The notes under the pieces are model-generated. The model did no database searches. It was not told the DNA's origin and saw only the letters and a list, made by a program, of their open reading frames with translations. The position numbers were made by a program, and so were the translations under genes. This document shows positions 1 through 10,983 of a DNA stretch of 64,000 nucleotides, piece after piece. The DNA is from Octopus sinensis (taxonomy: Eukaryota), in the NCBI RefSeq assembly GCF_006345805.1, contig NC_043005.1, positions 496,001-560,000 of the forward strand. Reading direction: 5' to 3'. Every line of letters begins with the position of its first letter. Positions within the stretch are counted from its first letter, which is position 1.

Positions 1-1262
1 CTACAGGCGGGAGTGGGGTGTTGGTCCTATTAAAAAGAAACCGGGTTTCTGAGAAAAAGTTAATTTTTGCAGATCCAGAAGGTAGGCTGGTCGTCATGGA
101 TTTGACGTTCAGTAATGGTAAAGTTATCAGACTGGTTGCAATTTACGCACCCAACCATACAGGGCAAAGTGATTATTTTCGTGAACTAGAAAACTTTCTT
201 GGTACTTCGCATTCATTAGTGGTGCTAGGAGACTTTAACACAATTTGCAAAGCGGATGTAGACTGTGTTGGCTCGCGTCCAGATAGAAAAGGCAACAGTG
301 GCTTCATGGAACTGCTAAGCCGCTTTGAGCTAGCAGATCCTTATAGGCTGGAATTTCCGAACGCTCCATTGTGGACATGGTCAAACAGCGACGGATCTTC
401 CAGGTCATATTTAGATAGAATACTAATTAGAAAAGTAGACAGTAAAATAGCTAAGTGTCCACAGTTTTACCCGATCAGCTACAGTGATCATAAAATGGTC
501 ACTTGTAAGCTTGACATAGATAAGGTTAAAAATAGAGGATCCGGTTACTGGAAACTTAATACGTCCCTTTTGGCGATTAAGGAGTACAAAGACCGGATTA
601 GGAATATAATTCAGAGGGCACTATCTGGTACCATCATTAATAACAAATGGTGGTACGCCCTCAAACGAGCCATCAAGTTTGAGTCTATTAGATATAGCAT
701 AGGAGTAGTGGCTAGAGAGGCTAGAAGGGAAACTACTCTAGTTAAGGAATTAGAGGAAGCCATGAAAACTGGCTCTGCGGCTCAGGTGGCGTCCAAGAGA
801 CTGGTGTTAAACCAGCACCTCGAGGCCAAACACATGGGCTGCATTGTCAGGGCTAGAATCCGCCATATGGGATGTGAAGGAATCAACGCCGTGAGATGGA
901 CCCGAGTGGTGGAAGCTCAGCATGGTAACGATGCCACGATTCGATCTTTGACAAACCAACAAGGTGAGTTGATAAACGAACCCGAGGAGATGTGTGAGGC
1001 CTTTCAGGAGCACTTCGCTCAGCTTTTCGGTGAGTGCGGCGGACTGGATAGGAGGAGGGCCTTTACGGACCTACTCGACGGGCTGCCGCTCCACCCGTAA
1101 TGTCTTCCGGTCTGTCCCATCATTCGATTTCTGTCCATTTATTGTAATTCATGAAAATTTTTAAATTCGATTTATTGTAAAAACCCATTCGTGTGTCTGA
1201 CCCCATCATCAGATTGTATTGTCCCATCTATGTAGCCCCTAGTGGGTAATAATAAAACAACA
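1..1262 (+). mobile_element. L1/Tx1-type LINE fragment: ORF2 endonuclease region joined to a 3'-UTR-like end; RT absent
   Basis: The frame is open from the window edge and carries APE motifs (AIYAPN, VLGDFN, WTWSN, SYLDRILI, YSDHKMV) plus GYWKLNTSLL, typical of L1/Tx1 ORF2. It stops at 1100 and is followed by a T-rich UTR-like stretch ending ...gggtaataataaaacaa. Confidence 0.8.
18..1100 (+). pseudogene. L1/Tx1-type ORF2 apurinic-like endonuclease plus linker, truncated
   Basis: 360-aa ORF with APE catalytic motifs; no RT motifs before the stop. Confidence 0.85.
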
Positions 1263-1691
1263 TGGAGGAAAGCACCTTCGAAAAGTGTCTTGGTGCGACT
1301 ATGAAAGTTATCTAATCAGAGGCGGTAAATTCGCCACGATAGAAGCAAGGTTCGAGGGAGTACTCGACTCGAACTTGCAAAGTGGAAATGTTTTATTTTT
1401 ACCTTTATATCTGAGACGTAGGACGTCCCGCAAAAAAATTTTTAATCCCCCCCCCACCGAAGTAGAGGTAGGCTGGATTGTAGCCACACTTCTATACAAG
1501 AGGGAGGACAAGATACAATTGATCGAAATTATAAGAGACGGGCTAACAATTCCAGTCTGTTATATATTTTGAGTATTGTTATCACTAGCGATATCAAGAT
1601 ATAACTTTGTATTTTGTATTTTATGTGTAGATGTATATATATAGATGTACATGTAATATGTACATATATATACATACACATATATACATGC

Positions 1692-1733
1692 ACTAGCACT
1701 ATGACCCGGCATCGACGGGTTTTTAATGCTAGT
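1692..1733. repeat. 42-nt palindromic Helitron-like terminus
   Basis: ACTAGCA-ctatg-ACCCG-gcatcga-CGGGT-ttttaa-TGCTAGT: GC hairpin followed by CTAG|T on either strand. Confidence 0.4.
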
Positions 1734-1792
1734 ATATATCTATATATTCATACATATAATATATGTATACAAATATAAATGAATATAAACAT

Positions 1793-1794
1793 AT

Positions 1795-1830
<36 letters not shown>

Positions 1831-3025
1831 ATTTGGCTCAAAAGCAAATAGCAAGGCCATGTAGGGGGACATGGAGTTAAGTACAGGGTGGTGTTCATGT
1901 AAAGAGTTCAGGCCACTTGAGGTCAAGGGAGGCTTTGAACAAAGCGGTCATCGGCATCTTCACCATCTCGTCTGGCGGCTTGTTCCACGGATCCGCAACC
2001 CGGACAGGGAAAGCTCCTCTCCTTCGATTGAGATGAAATCGTCGCATGTAGAGCTTTTCGGAATGACCCCGCAGCCGACGCTTTGGAGCAGGAGTGAAGA
2101 ACAGCTCTTTCGAGAGGTTACACTTTCCGCTTATGATGTTGTGGGCGAGAATGAGATCACCACGGCGGCGGCGTTTTTCTAGAGAATAAAGGTCGAGCGT
2201 CCTCAGCCTTTCTTCATAGGAAAAACTTTTGAGACCATGAACCATGCGGGTAGCCAGCTTGTGGACTCTTTCGAGATGCTGTATGTCTTTGAGGAGATAA
2301 GGAGAAGAGGCCTGAATCCCGTACTCCAATATGGGTCTCACCAGCGTGACATAGAGTGGTAGGAATATGGCTGCTGTGAGCATTCCGAATGACCGTCGAA
2401 TCAAGAACACAATTCCGCGTGCTTTGTTGGCAGCATGGACGCACTGGGCCGAAGGCGAAAAGGAGGAATCCACCAAGATACCCAGGTCCTTTACCTGATC
2501 GGTCCTCTCCAGCAGCAGACGACCCGGCTCGAAATCAAGTTGAGTTGCAGGAGGAGAGCCAACAGGCAGATGACAGCACTTTGACACATTCAGACACAGG
2601 TCCCATTCGTTAGACCACCTCTAAATTTGGTGGAGGCATCGGCGAAGATCCTCTATATCACCGCGAGGAGCGACCAGTTTGATATCGTCGGCAAATAGAA
2701 GGGTGTGTTGCGTGAGGTCGTCGGGCAAGTCATTTATGAAGACTAAGAACAATAAGGGCCCAAGCACTGAACCTTGAGGCACGCCATTGCTCGCACTGGA
2801 GACGTCGGATCGCGAACCATTAACTTGGACTTGGAAGGAGTGATCTGAGAGGAAGGCACCAACACATCGTACAATATCCGGATGGAAACTATATGTTTGA
2901 AGCTTGACAAGTAATAGGCGGTGGCTTACCGAGTCAAAAGCTTTGGCAAAGTCCAATAAAACGATGTCAACAGCATCACTATCATCGAGGATGCGCGTCA
3001 CCAATTCTTCCATTACCAGTAACAT
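1793..3025 (-). mobile_element. CR1-group LINE family E, 5'-truncated RT and C-terminus with (TAAC)n tail
   Basis: ORF 2621-3025 (LDFAKAFDSV, GVPQGSVLGPLLF, FADD) and ORF 1895-2587 (KDLGILVD, LVRPILEYG, LEKRRRRGDLI). (TTAG)n at ~1793-1829 lies at the element 3' end. Confidence 0.9.
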
Positions 3026-3458
3026 ACAGTTAGAATATGGTTATCATTGTATACATCCTAATACAAAGAAAATCAATTGTAATATCCAAAATAAATAATT
3101 TTTATCTTTTCGTCAAAGCTGAAGTTAAGCCATAATAATTATGCTCTATGTTATATTAATATTAAAAATGTTCAACATAATGTATTTATATATGTATATG
3201 GCGTATGGTATATCTATTTTATTTCATCGAATTGACCATGAAGGTCGTACATAGGTAAAGGTAGCCGCGGGCTGGACAGAGACATTAATGTGTATGAAAA
3301 CGACAAGGATGGAAAAAAATGTTAATAATGGGAGGGGCACCGGCGCCCGCCGACCGATAACCCCGCGAAATCATTGTTCAATTTAAATCAATATAAATCA
3401 AAATTGTAATAAAAATATTCAAAAATTAAAATTAAAAATTACAAAAATATATTTTTCA

Positions 3459-4049
3459 TTATTCTTCGTCTTCCTCATCCGGGGCCCCAAGTAAGTTTTC
3501 TGTCGCCTGCAGGAAAGCCTGCATCGGCAGGCCCGGACCGAGGGAAACAGAATCTTCTTTGTTACAGGTCTTCCTGGCCTCAATTAGTTCTTTCTGATTT
3601 ATGACCTCTGCAGCCACCTGCGGAGGCCAACTTGGATAGTCTATACAGGTCGAGTCATATCGCTTTCGGTCTAGTAGACTGTCCAAGTATAACTCCACAG
3701 GCCCTCCCTCGAGACAGAGAATGACAACCTCTTCCTCACAGAGAGAGGTCTCATCCTGCTCTGTCAGTGGCACAGTTCCCACTGACAGAGCCTCTAGATC
3801 CGGTGGCACACTTCCCACCGGAGGAACATCGGGTTCGTTCGACATCCACTGACCGTCTCCCGTTTTTCTTCTTCCTCTTTTTTCTTCTTCTTTCGGTGCG
3901 GGAGTCGGGGCCTCCGTAGGCACATCCGAAGGGTCCTCCTCTTCTCCCGCAACATGCACGTCTCCTGGTGAGCAACCACCGTTGCTCACCTTTCTCTTTC
4001 TTCTCGTTGAGGTCGACACCTCAATGACTTCCTGCCTTTCTCCCTGCAA
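3459..4049 (-). CDS. Acidic, proline-rich 196-aa ORF of unknown function; possibly a retroelement ORF1 fragment
   Basis: GC-richer island with an unbroken, non-microsatellite ORF between AT-rich DNA; no domain recognised. Confidence 0.3.
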   Translation of the reverse strand: MQGERQEVIEVSTSTRRKRKVSNGGCSPGDVHVAGEEEDPSDVPTEAPTPAPKEEEKRGRRKTGDGQWMSNEPDVPPVGSVPPDLEALSVGTVPLTEQDETSLCEEEVVILCLEGGPVELYLDSLLDRKRYDSTCIDYPSWPPQVAAEVINQKELIEARKTCNKEDSVSLGPGLPMQAFLQATENLLGAPDEEDEE

Positions 4050-5490
4050 TGGAAGAGCGGAGGACTGTAAGGGGTTCTTTGGGTGGGTATTATATGTATC
4101 GGTGTGGGTAGAATGCCTTGTTTATTATTAGTGTGAGAGAGGGAAGCATTGAGGAGGGGATAATTCCTAGTGTATGGGAGGTTCTTGATGGTTCTTGTCG
4201 GTGAGGGTGGGGTATTACAATGATTAGAGATCCAGGTTTTGGGGTGGGTCTTGTTTGAAAGGACGACGTTTCTGAATTCTGCAGAAAACTTCGTTTAACA
4301 GAAGCTCTGACAGATCAAAAACAAAAGTAACTTCCTACCACCAAAAGGAAGAAAGAAGGCACTGGACGATTTTTGCAAAAATATCCAGAGTCTCCCCTTT
4401 ACCCCAGGCAAAACCAAGGTAAAATCCAACTTCAATAGGGAGGAATGGAAAAACCTACGTGACCTACAACTGGACAAAGACCTAACCATCAAAGAAGCCG
4501 ACAAAGGGAGTTCTGTGGTCCTTATGGACACGAAGTTTTATAAACACCTAGTGTTTTCCATGCTAAACAACAACAACACTTTCTATGAGGTTATTAACAA
4601 CTATAAACAACAAAAAACAATCAAAAACCTCACCACACACATACTCCAACTCGGTCAGGGACTCATAGAAAAAGAAAGGGATTATATCACCAATTTCAAA
4701 TGCAAGCCTAGCCTTTTTTATGGCCTTCCTAAAATCCATAAAAACAAATACATCACCGAAACCTGCAAACTCTCCTCTGACATCCACATCAACATCAAAG
4801 CACCGGAGGACCTAAAACTAAGGCTCATCGTGGCTGGCACCTCCTGTGAAACACACCGCTTGAGTAATTTCCTAGATATCCTTTTGAAACCTTTCCTTAC
4901 TCACATCAAAAGTTTCATTAGGGATGATCTGGACATGCTCAAACACCTCCCGAAAACAGTTAACGAGGAGGCGCTCCTGGTGTCCTTTGATGTCATCAAC
5001 CTCTACTCCAACATCCCACATAAATATGGTATTGAGGCAATTGATTTCTGGCTAGAGAAACACCCAGAAGCATTCCCTGACCGCATTAACAAGACCTTCA
5101 TTACGGAATCACTCAAGTTCATTCAGACAAATAATTATTTCCTCTTCGATAACACACACTACCGTCAAAAATGTGGTATTGCGATGGGTACCAAGGCTGC
5201 ACCAGTCCTTGCGAACCTCATAATGGGCTTCTTCGAACTATCACTGTATGAGATATCACGCCAGAAATTTGGACACGTTTTCCACATCTACCTCAAGGAA
5301 AACTGGAAAAGGTATTTGGATGATTGTTTCATCATATGGAAAGAATCTTATGAAAAGCTTCTGGAATTCAAAACCATACTGAACAACATACATCCCAACA
5401 TGCAATTCACTATGGAATTCAGCAAACATCATCTCCCTTTCTTTGATCTCCTAATTATAAAAACACCTAAGAACCAAATCATAACAGACA

Positions 5491-5492
<2 letters not shown>

Positions 5493-5574
<82 letters not shown>
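5493..5574. repeat. (ATT)n microsatellite
   Basis: Near-perfect trinucleotide run; source of the poly-I and poly-N pseudo-ORFs. Confidence 0.95.
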
Positions 5575-5579
<5 letters not shown>

Positions 5580-6098
5580 GACATAACAATCTGAAATGAA
5601 ATTATAAATTGGTTTATGTAAATTAATATAATTAGAAAACAATATAAATAAAGTGTTAAAATCTGAATGTCAAGTTAGCAAACAATTATATATAAAAAGA
5701 TAATGCAAATGAAGCTAAAATGATAATTTTATAATTTAAGGTTTATTAATATCCTATCTTACAAAAAATTGATAACCCCAATTGAAGAGCAAAAAATCCA
5801 CAGAGTTGTCTCCCCTTACTCACGGGAACTGGATAACTCCTACCCCATTTCCTGTTTTGACATTCATTTAACAAACATCCTAAATTAAACACCACATGGA
5901 TTTAATCACGTGGATCTCAATCCTCCAAGGTAATTTTTCCAAGAACTATCATTGAACTCAAGATACACAAACACTTTACAATGTATCGGTGTACCTATTT
6001 TTTAATTTTTGTATATGTTTATTATTTTTTTGCAAAAACAATGTAATTTTCTTTTTTCCCCCTCCTCAATCATAAAAAAAATTTCTTTTCACCTCACA

Positions 6099-6137
6099 AT
6101 TCTTGAAAAGTCGCATTGCGACGACAACCGGTTGGAG
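6099..6137 (+). ncRNA. Degenerate minimal type I hammerhead ribozyme relic
   Basis: ttgaaaa (cf. CTGANGA), perfect stem II GTCGC-att-GCGAC, gacaa (cf. GAAA), palindromic ACCGGT, then tggag. Confidence 0.4.
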
Positions 6138-6571
6138 TTTATATATTAAAAAAAAAAAATTTTTAATTTTCCATACACCCATTTTCACTAAAATTTACCT
6201 TCAATTCTGCCTCTTTATAATTCTGCCTTTTTATAATTTTTCCTTGCCTATCATTTCTCCACGTGCGGTCAACACAACCCCACCATTTATTGTTATATAT
6301 ATAGTTATTATTATCTGAGGGAATATTATTCCTAACTTAGAGGAAAAATTCAATTTAGAAATACTAAATCAAATTTCACAAAATATAATATATATATATA
6401 TATATAAAAATTAAGATAAAAACACCTTTTATCGATTCAAAATGAACAATTAAATTACAACATCTAGAAAATTACATATAATAGAAATATTAAAATTAAA
6501 ATAACAATAATATACTGAATATTAAGTAAATTGCAAAAAAATAATAATGATAACGTATATATTAGGTAGAA

Positions 6572-6660
6572 TAACGACACGGGTTTCGTGGCTATATTTA
6601 AGAAATGATTATAGAAGTAGTAAAATCACATCGATATAAATATAGCTACTCATCAGGTTA
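6572..6660 (-). ncRNA. Type I hammerhead ribozyme with intact core
   Basis: Minus strand: TAAC CTGATGA GTAGCTATATTT [38 nt] AAATATAGCCAC GAAA C-CCGT-G TC GTTA. Stem I 4 bp, stem II 11 of 12 bp, GUC cleavage triplet. Confidence 0.8.
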
Positions 6661-6714
6661 AAAATAAACTAGAATAATAAAATAATCAATTAATAAATAT
6701 GCTTTAAAATCTCC

Positions 6715-6773
<59 letters not shown>

Positions 6774-7910
6774 ACACTAAATATACATTAAAATTAATTA
6801 ATATACACAATGTTTGTACAAACCATTAATATTGCAATCAAAATAAGAAATGGTTCAAATATAGACAAACTCATAATATAAGCTAACTATATAACCAAGA
6901 AATAGTTTTCTTCATTTTGTTTAAAATATTAATATAACATATAATAGAATAGTAAAATATACTCTAATACTATTAAATAATATCTACAATAAATAAATAA
7001 ACCACATAAGATTGAATAAGGTTTAATATATACTAAAGATAAGTTAAATGTAATATATAGGTACATAGAATTATTATAGCATTAGATTTAAATGACTATT
7101 TACTATAAATTTAAAGTCTAAATAATAAGTAATTAAATCAAATATATATTATTATGTTGGAATTGATTTATATTATTATAATAAATATTTAAAAATAATA
7201 TAATTATTTATTTATTAGCTAAATCTATTGTAAAGTTACTTTAATTATTATTTACGTTTAATTTTACGTTCGTCCAAAATTTACCAACGCATAATTGTTG
7301 TTAAATAATATTTCCTTAATTTCGTTATTACAACGAGAACAATTATTACTCCCTATAGTATATGATTTAGCCCAACAAATAATATCCCAATTTAATTTAT
7401 ATTTAATAGATCTTGATTTAAGGTCCCAAATATATTTACTGAAACTTGTTGAATTTATAAGATTTTTATTCCTAAAAGAATACATATATTGAGAAATTCT
7501 AGATATCATTTTATTCGAAGTGGACCCTATATAAATAGTATTTAAATAGCGATTATTCAAATTCTTATCATCTATTATAGTTACCATTCACCTATAGACT
7601 ACATTATCTAATTTACAATAATTGTTAAATTTACATATGGACTTATCCCTACACGTACAATAACTTACATCTTTATTATTAATATTGGAATTAATATTTA
7701 ATCTATATCTATAGAATTTTTTAATTTAAAAATATTACATGAAGAAATAATATTGCCAATATTATTAGTAGTTGAATAACCAACATCAAAAGTATCTTTA
7801 GAAAAAATATCATAATATTTCTTATTATCCCTAATAAATACTTCAATCATATTTACAATCTCTTTAATGAGATTTTTTAAACCTCAGCGCCAAAAGGAAT
7901 GATTAACCAA
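6572..7910 (-). mobile_element. Penelope-like element relic 2: Cys-rich linker, GIY-YIG endonuclease and 3' hammerhead
   Basis: Manual translation upstream of ORF 7264-7587 gives FSKDTFDVGYSTTNNIGNIISSCN and CTCRDKSICKFNNYCKLDNVVYR*; the ORF gives YIGSTS, SKYIWDLK, WDIICWAKSY, CSRCNNE. Hammerhead lies ~600 nt downstream. Confidence 0.75.
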
Positions 7911-7930
7911 ATTTTATTTTTATTTAAATC

Positions 7931-7934
<4 letters not shown>

Positions 7935-7998
<64 letters not shown>

Positions 7999-8140
7999 AA
8001 TTATTATTATTAATATAATTATTATTATTATTATTTTTATTTTTATTTTTATTATTATTATTATCATTATTATTATTATTGTTATTATAATTATTATCAT
8101 TATCATTATAAATATTATAACTATCATTATTATAACTATA
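7935..8140. repeat. Imperfect (ATT)n microsatellite
   Basis: Long degenerate trinucleotide tract. Confidence 0.9.
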
Positions 8141-8416
8141 AATATTTGTGATAGTATTAAATTTATTATCTTCATTAATTGAATTAAATTTTATTTTATT
8201 TTAAGTTTTATTACTATTCTTTTATTTTTTATTTTAATACTAAATTTAGGCTTTACATCATCAAAATTCCTACAATTATTAAGACGATAAATAACTAAAT
8301 AAAATTTATCATAATTCAGATAATTAGGTCTATCATTATAAAAATCATTAAAACTATAATCTTTTAAGTTATAATTATGTTTACAAATGTTAAATATAAA
8401 TATATATATATATATC

Positions 8417-8647
8417 TGGGGAGGGGGTGCCTGTCTATCTGTCTCTGTTTATCTCCACCTCTCATCGATTGATAACTGAAGCTGATGTGTTTACATCCCT
8501 GTCACGTAGCGGTTCGCCAAAAGAATCTGCTGGAATAAGTACTATGCTTACCAAGAATAAGTCTTGGCGTCGATTTGTTCGCCTATGTGCGGTGCCTCAG
8601 CATGGCCGTATTCAAGTTGCTGAGAAAAGTAAAAGAATAAAAGAATA
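8417..8647 (+). mobile_element. SINE-a body and 3' tail without tRNA head
   Basis: gtgtttacatccctgtcacgtagcggttcgccaaaaga...gcggtgcctcagcatggccg...aaaagaataaaaga. Other copies at ~19713-19945, 30207-30439, 37586-37820, 48168-48400, 61796-62025. A second related tail is at ~8825-8997 (also in copies 2 and 6). Confidence 0.7.
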
Positions 8648-8665
8648 TATTCACACACACACACG

Positions 8666-8781
<116 letters not shown>

Positions 8782-8993
8782 TTGTATTTCTGTCTGTGTG
8801 TTTGTCCCCTACCTTCACTTCAGAACCGGTGTTGGTGTTTCTAATTCTCCGTAACTTAGCGGTTCGGCTAAACAGATAGAGAGAATAAGAACTAGGCCTA
8901 CGGAGAATAAGTTATGGGGTCTATATGTTCGTCTAAAAGCAGTGCTCCTGCAAGGCCGCAGTCCGTAATTGTAATAACTGAAACACATAAAAG

Positions 8994-9043
<50 letters not shown>

Positions 9044-10983
9044 GGCGTCATTGTTACTGAAATCTTTATATTGATAAACAGGTAAGGAATGTGTGCATAC
9101 ACCCACCCACATACAATGGCTTCGTTGTTACGGAGATCTTTATATTGATAAATCTAATGATCTCGTTTCATTTGCAAACAGTATAGCTTTCCCTAAGCAG
9201 GAAGGCTAAACTCTGGAGCTTGACGTTCTGATTGGACCAAGTGGTGTCCTGGTTGTGCATCAAGCATCAGGTTTAAATTTTATTCATGCTTTATTATTTT
9301 TGTTTGTTTGTTACTTTGGTCTACGTGTTTTTCAAATCTGGGCTTCGTTTCCGGCCTAGGGTTATACAATTTCAGCATATTTTCTTTATGAAACTGTACT
9401 GCTTTTATTCGTTCCTTTTTTGTTTTTTCTCTTTCGTTTTGCTCTCTTCTGTTTTCTATTTTTTATTTTTAAGTCTCTTATTCTCTTTGTTTTTGTTTTG
9501 GTTTTGTTTTTTACCTGACACACACTTAATCGGTTGAATGGAACTCCTCACAGCATCTTCCGTTTCACTTTCCGTACCAACTTTCATTCCTGCATTTTAT
9601 ACTATTTCCAGATTAACGTTCTGCTAGAAAACAAAGACGAATTCTCAGAAATTCATTGTCTTCAGCTCCCTATCTTCTCAGATTCTCACACATAAACTGC
9701 ACTGAACTTTATATATTTTTCATTGGCTTTCGTAATTTTATTCACAGTTCTTATTCACTTGAAACCTCTTATGATTCTACCAATAAATATTTATGAAAAC
9801 CCCTTTTTCGTAACGGATGGTTGGGGTCAGCTAAATGTCGTAATCTCTCTGTTTTGTAATCAAATAGAGGAGATTCAATTCAAGGGAGACATGTTTTAGT
9901 TTCAAATATTTTTGACTTGCAAATTGTTGCATGGAATCCCTTCTCGATGACTCGTACCCTAAAACGCATGAATTAAATCAACTCTTCCGTCTTCTTCACT
10001 AAGCCTTTCACATAACTAAATCTTTCTTGGTGGAATTTGAATATTTAAACTAAATATAGGACTAGATATTCATATGAGACGCTTGATAGCTTTCCTCTTT
10101 GTAGACAGCGTTGTATAATTAACAAGCGTAGTATAACTCGGGCAATACTCCATTCAGTGTGTCCTCCTCTCGTTATAGAAGCGTCGGGTGGCTGTCATGA
10201 TACACGGATAGTCTTGGACATTCAAACCATACTGGTTCTTGTGTTTCACGAGCTCTGACGGAAACAGAATCCTTGCAGTGAGGAAGAAAAGGAGGCAGAG
10301 AGATGAGAATCGGCACAAAGAAGGGAATTAGTAATTTATCGATAATGAAACAGCGAAAGGCATAAGTGGCCTGAGATGAGATTCGGACAAGAATGTAGAG
10401 AAAAGGAAAGACTACACAAGAAATTCTGTTCCATGCCAATCCGATGCCAATGTTTGCTAATAGTAATGGTGCAATGGAACATAACATATATAGCAGGGTC
10501 ACTAGCATAGCTGGCGTAGGGCGGTAGGTGTGGTCCGCCAGAGTGACACTTTTAAAGGGGTCTGGATGCGGCAAACGTAGGGGCCACTCCGAGAGGCACA
10601 CATTCTAGCTCCGTTAGTGAGCACAGTGTATACATTTCTTTTATATAATAGTAACGGAAGCACTTGAGTGTAGAAAGTATCCCGTGCTCCGTGTGGCAGA
10701 ACTGATCCTAATAAAGCGGTAATTACGAAAGGTCTGTATTTCTAGGAACAATGGAGGCAGTTCTGAGAAACTGGCTCCGAAGTATCGTTTGCCGTGTGTT
10801 GGGAGAAACTGTTGGAAAGTTTCGACTCACTCGCATAGGAAAGAATTTATGTGAGAGAAGCGCAACTATTTGTATAGACATAAAAATCAATAATAATTTA
10901 TAAGCTAGGCAAAGAATGCCTACAGAAATAAACACACATGGGGAGCGCCCTGTATTGAGCCTCTTTATGTTGAAGCATCTGCA

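Larger units (their letters stand above)
4270..6140 (+). mobile_element. Penelope-like element relic 1: RT region, interrupted by (ATT)n, with decayed 3' end
   Basis: IKEADKGSSVVLMD, FYGLPKIHK, LVSFDVINLYSNIP, GIAMGT, RYLDD, QFTME in ORF 4515-5594 (true homology ends ~5491). Weak SILQGNF-like remnant near 5915 and a hammerhead-like relic at 6099-6137. Confidence 0.85.

Noticed and set aside
4255-4300. GAAACGTCGTC on the minus strand resembling a hammerhead 3' half
   Set aside because: No CTGANGA box or stem II upstream.
7924-8175. Poly-I, YI, HT, MYVC and similar ORFs throughout the ORF track
   Set aside because: Translations of (ATT)n, (TA)n, (CA)n and (TATG)n microsatellites.
9530-9700. 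Possible short exon in the unique part of the tandem unit (tttccag|attaacg... or MKVGTESE...|gtaaaa)
   Set aside because: Splice-like signals only; there is no extended frame or recognisable domain, and the flanks differ among copies.
10173-10601. Hydrophobic 142-aa minus-strand ORF in the tandem unit, superficially like a membrane receptor
   Set aside because: The frame is broken by a 2-nt difference in the other copies examined, there are no GPCR or channel motifs, and its start lies within a GC-rich, MITE-like imperfect inverted repeat (~10493-10625).
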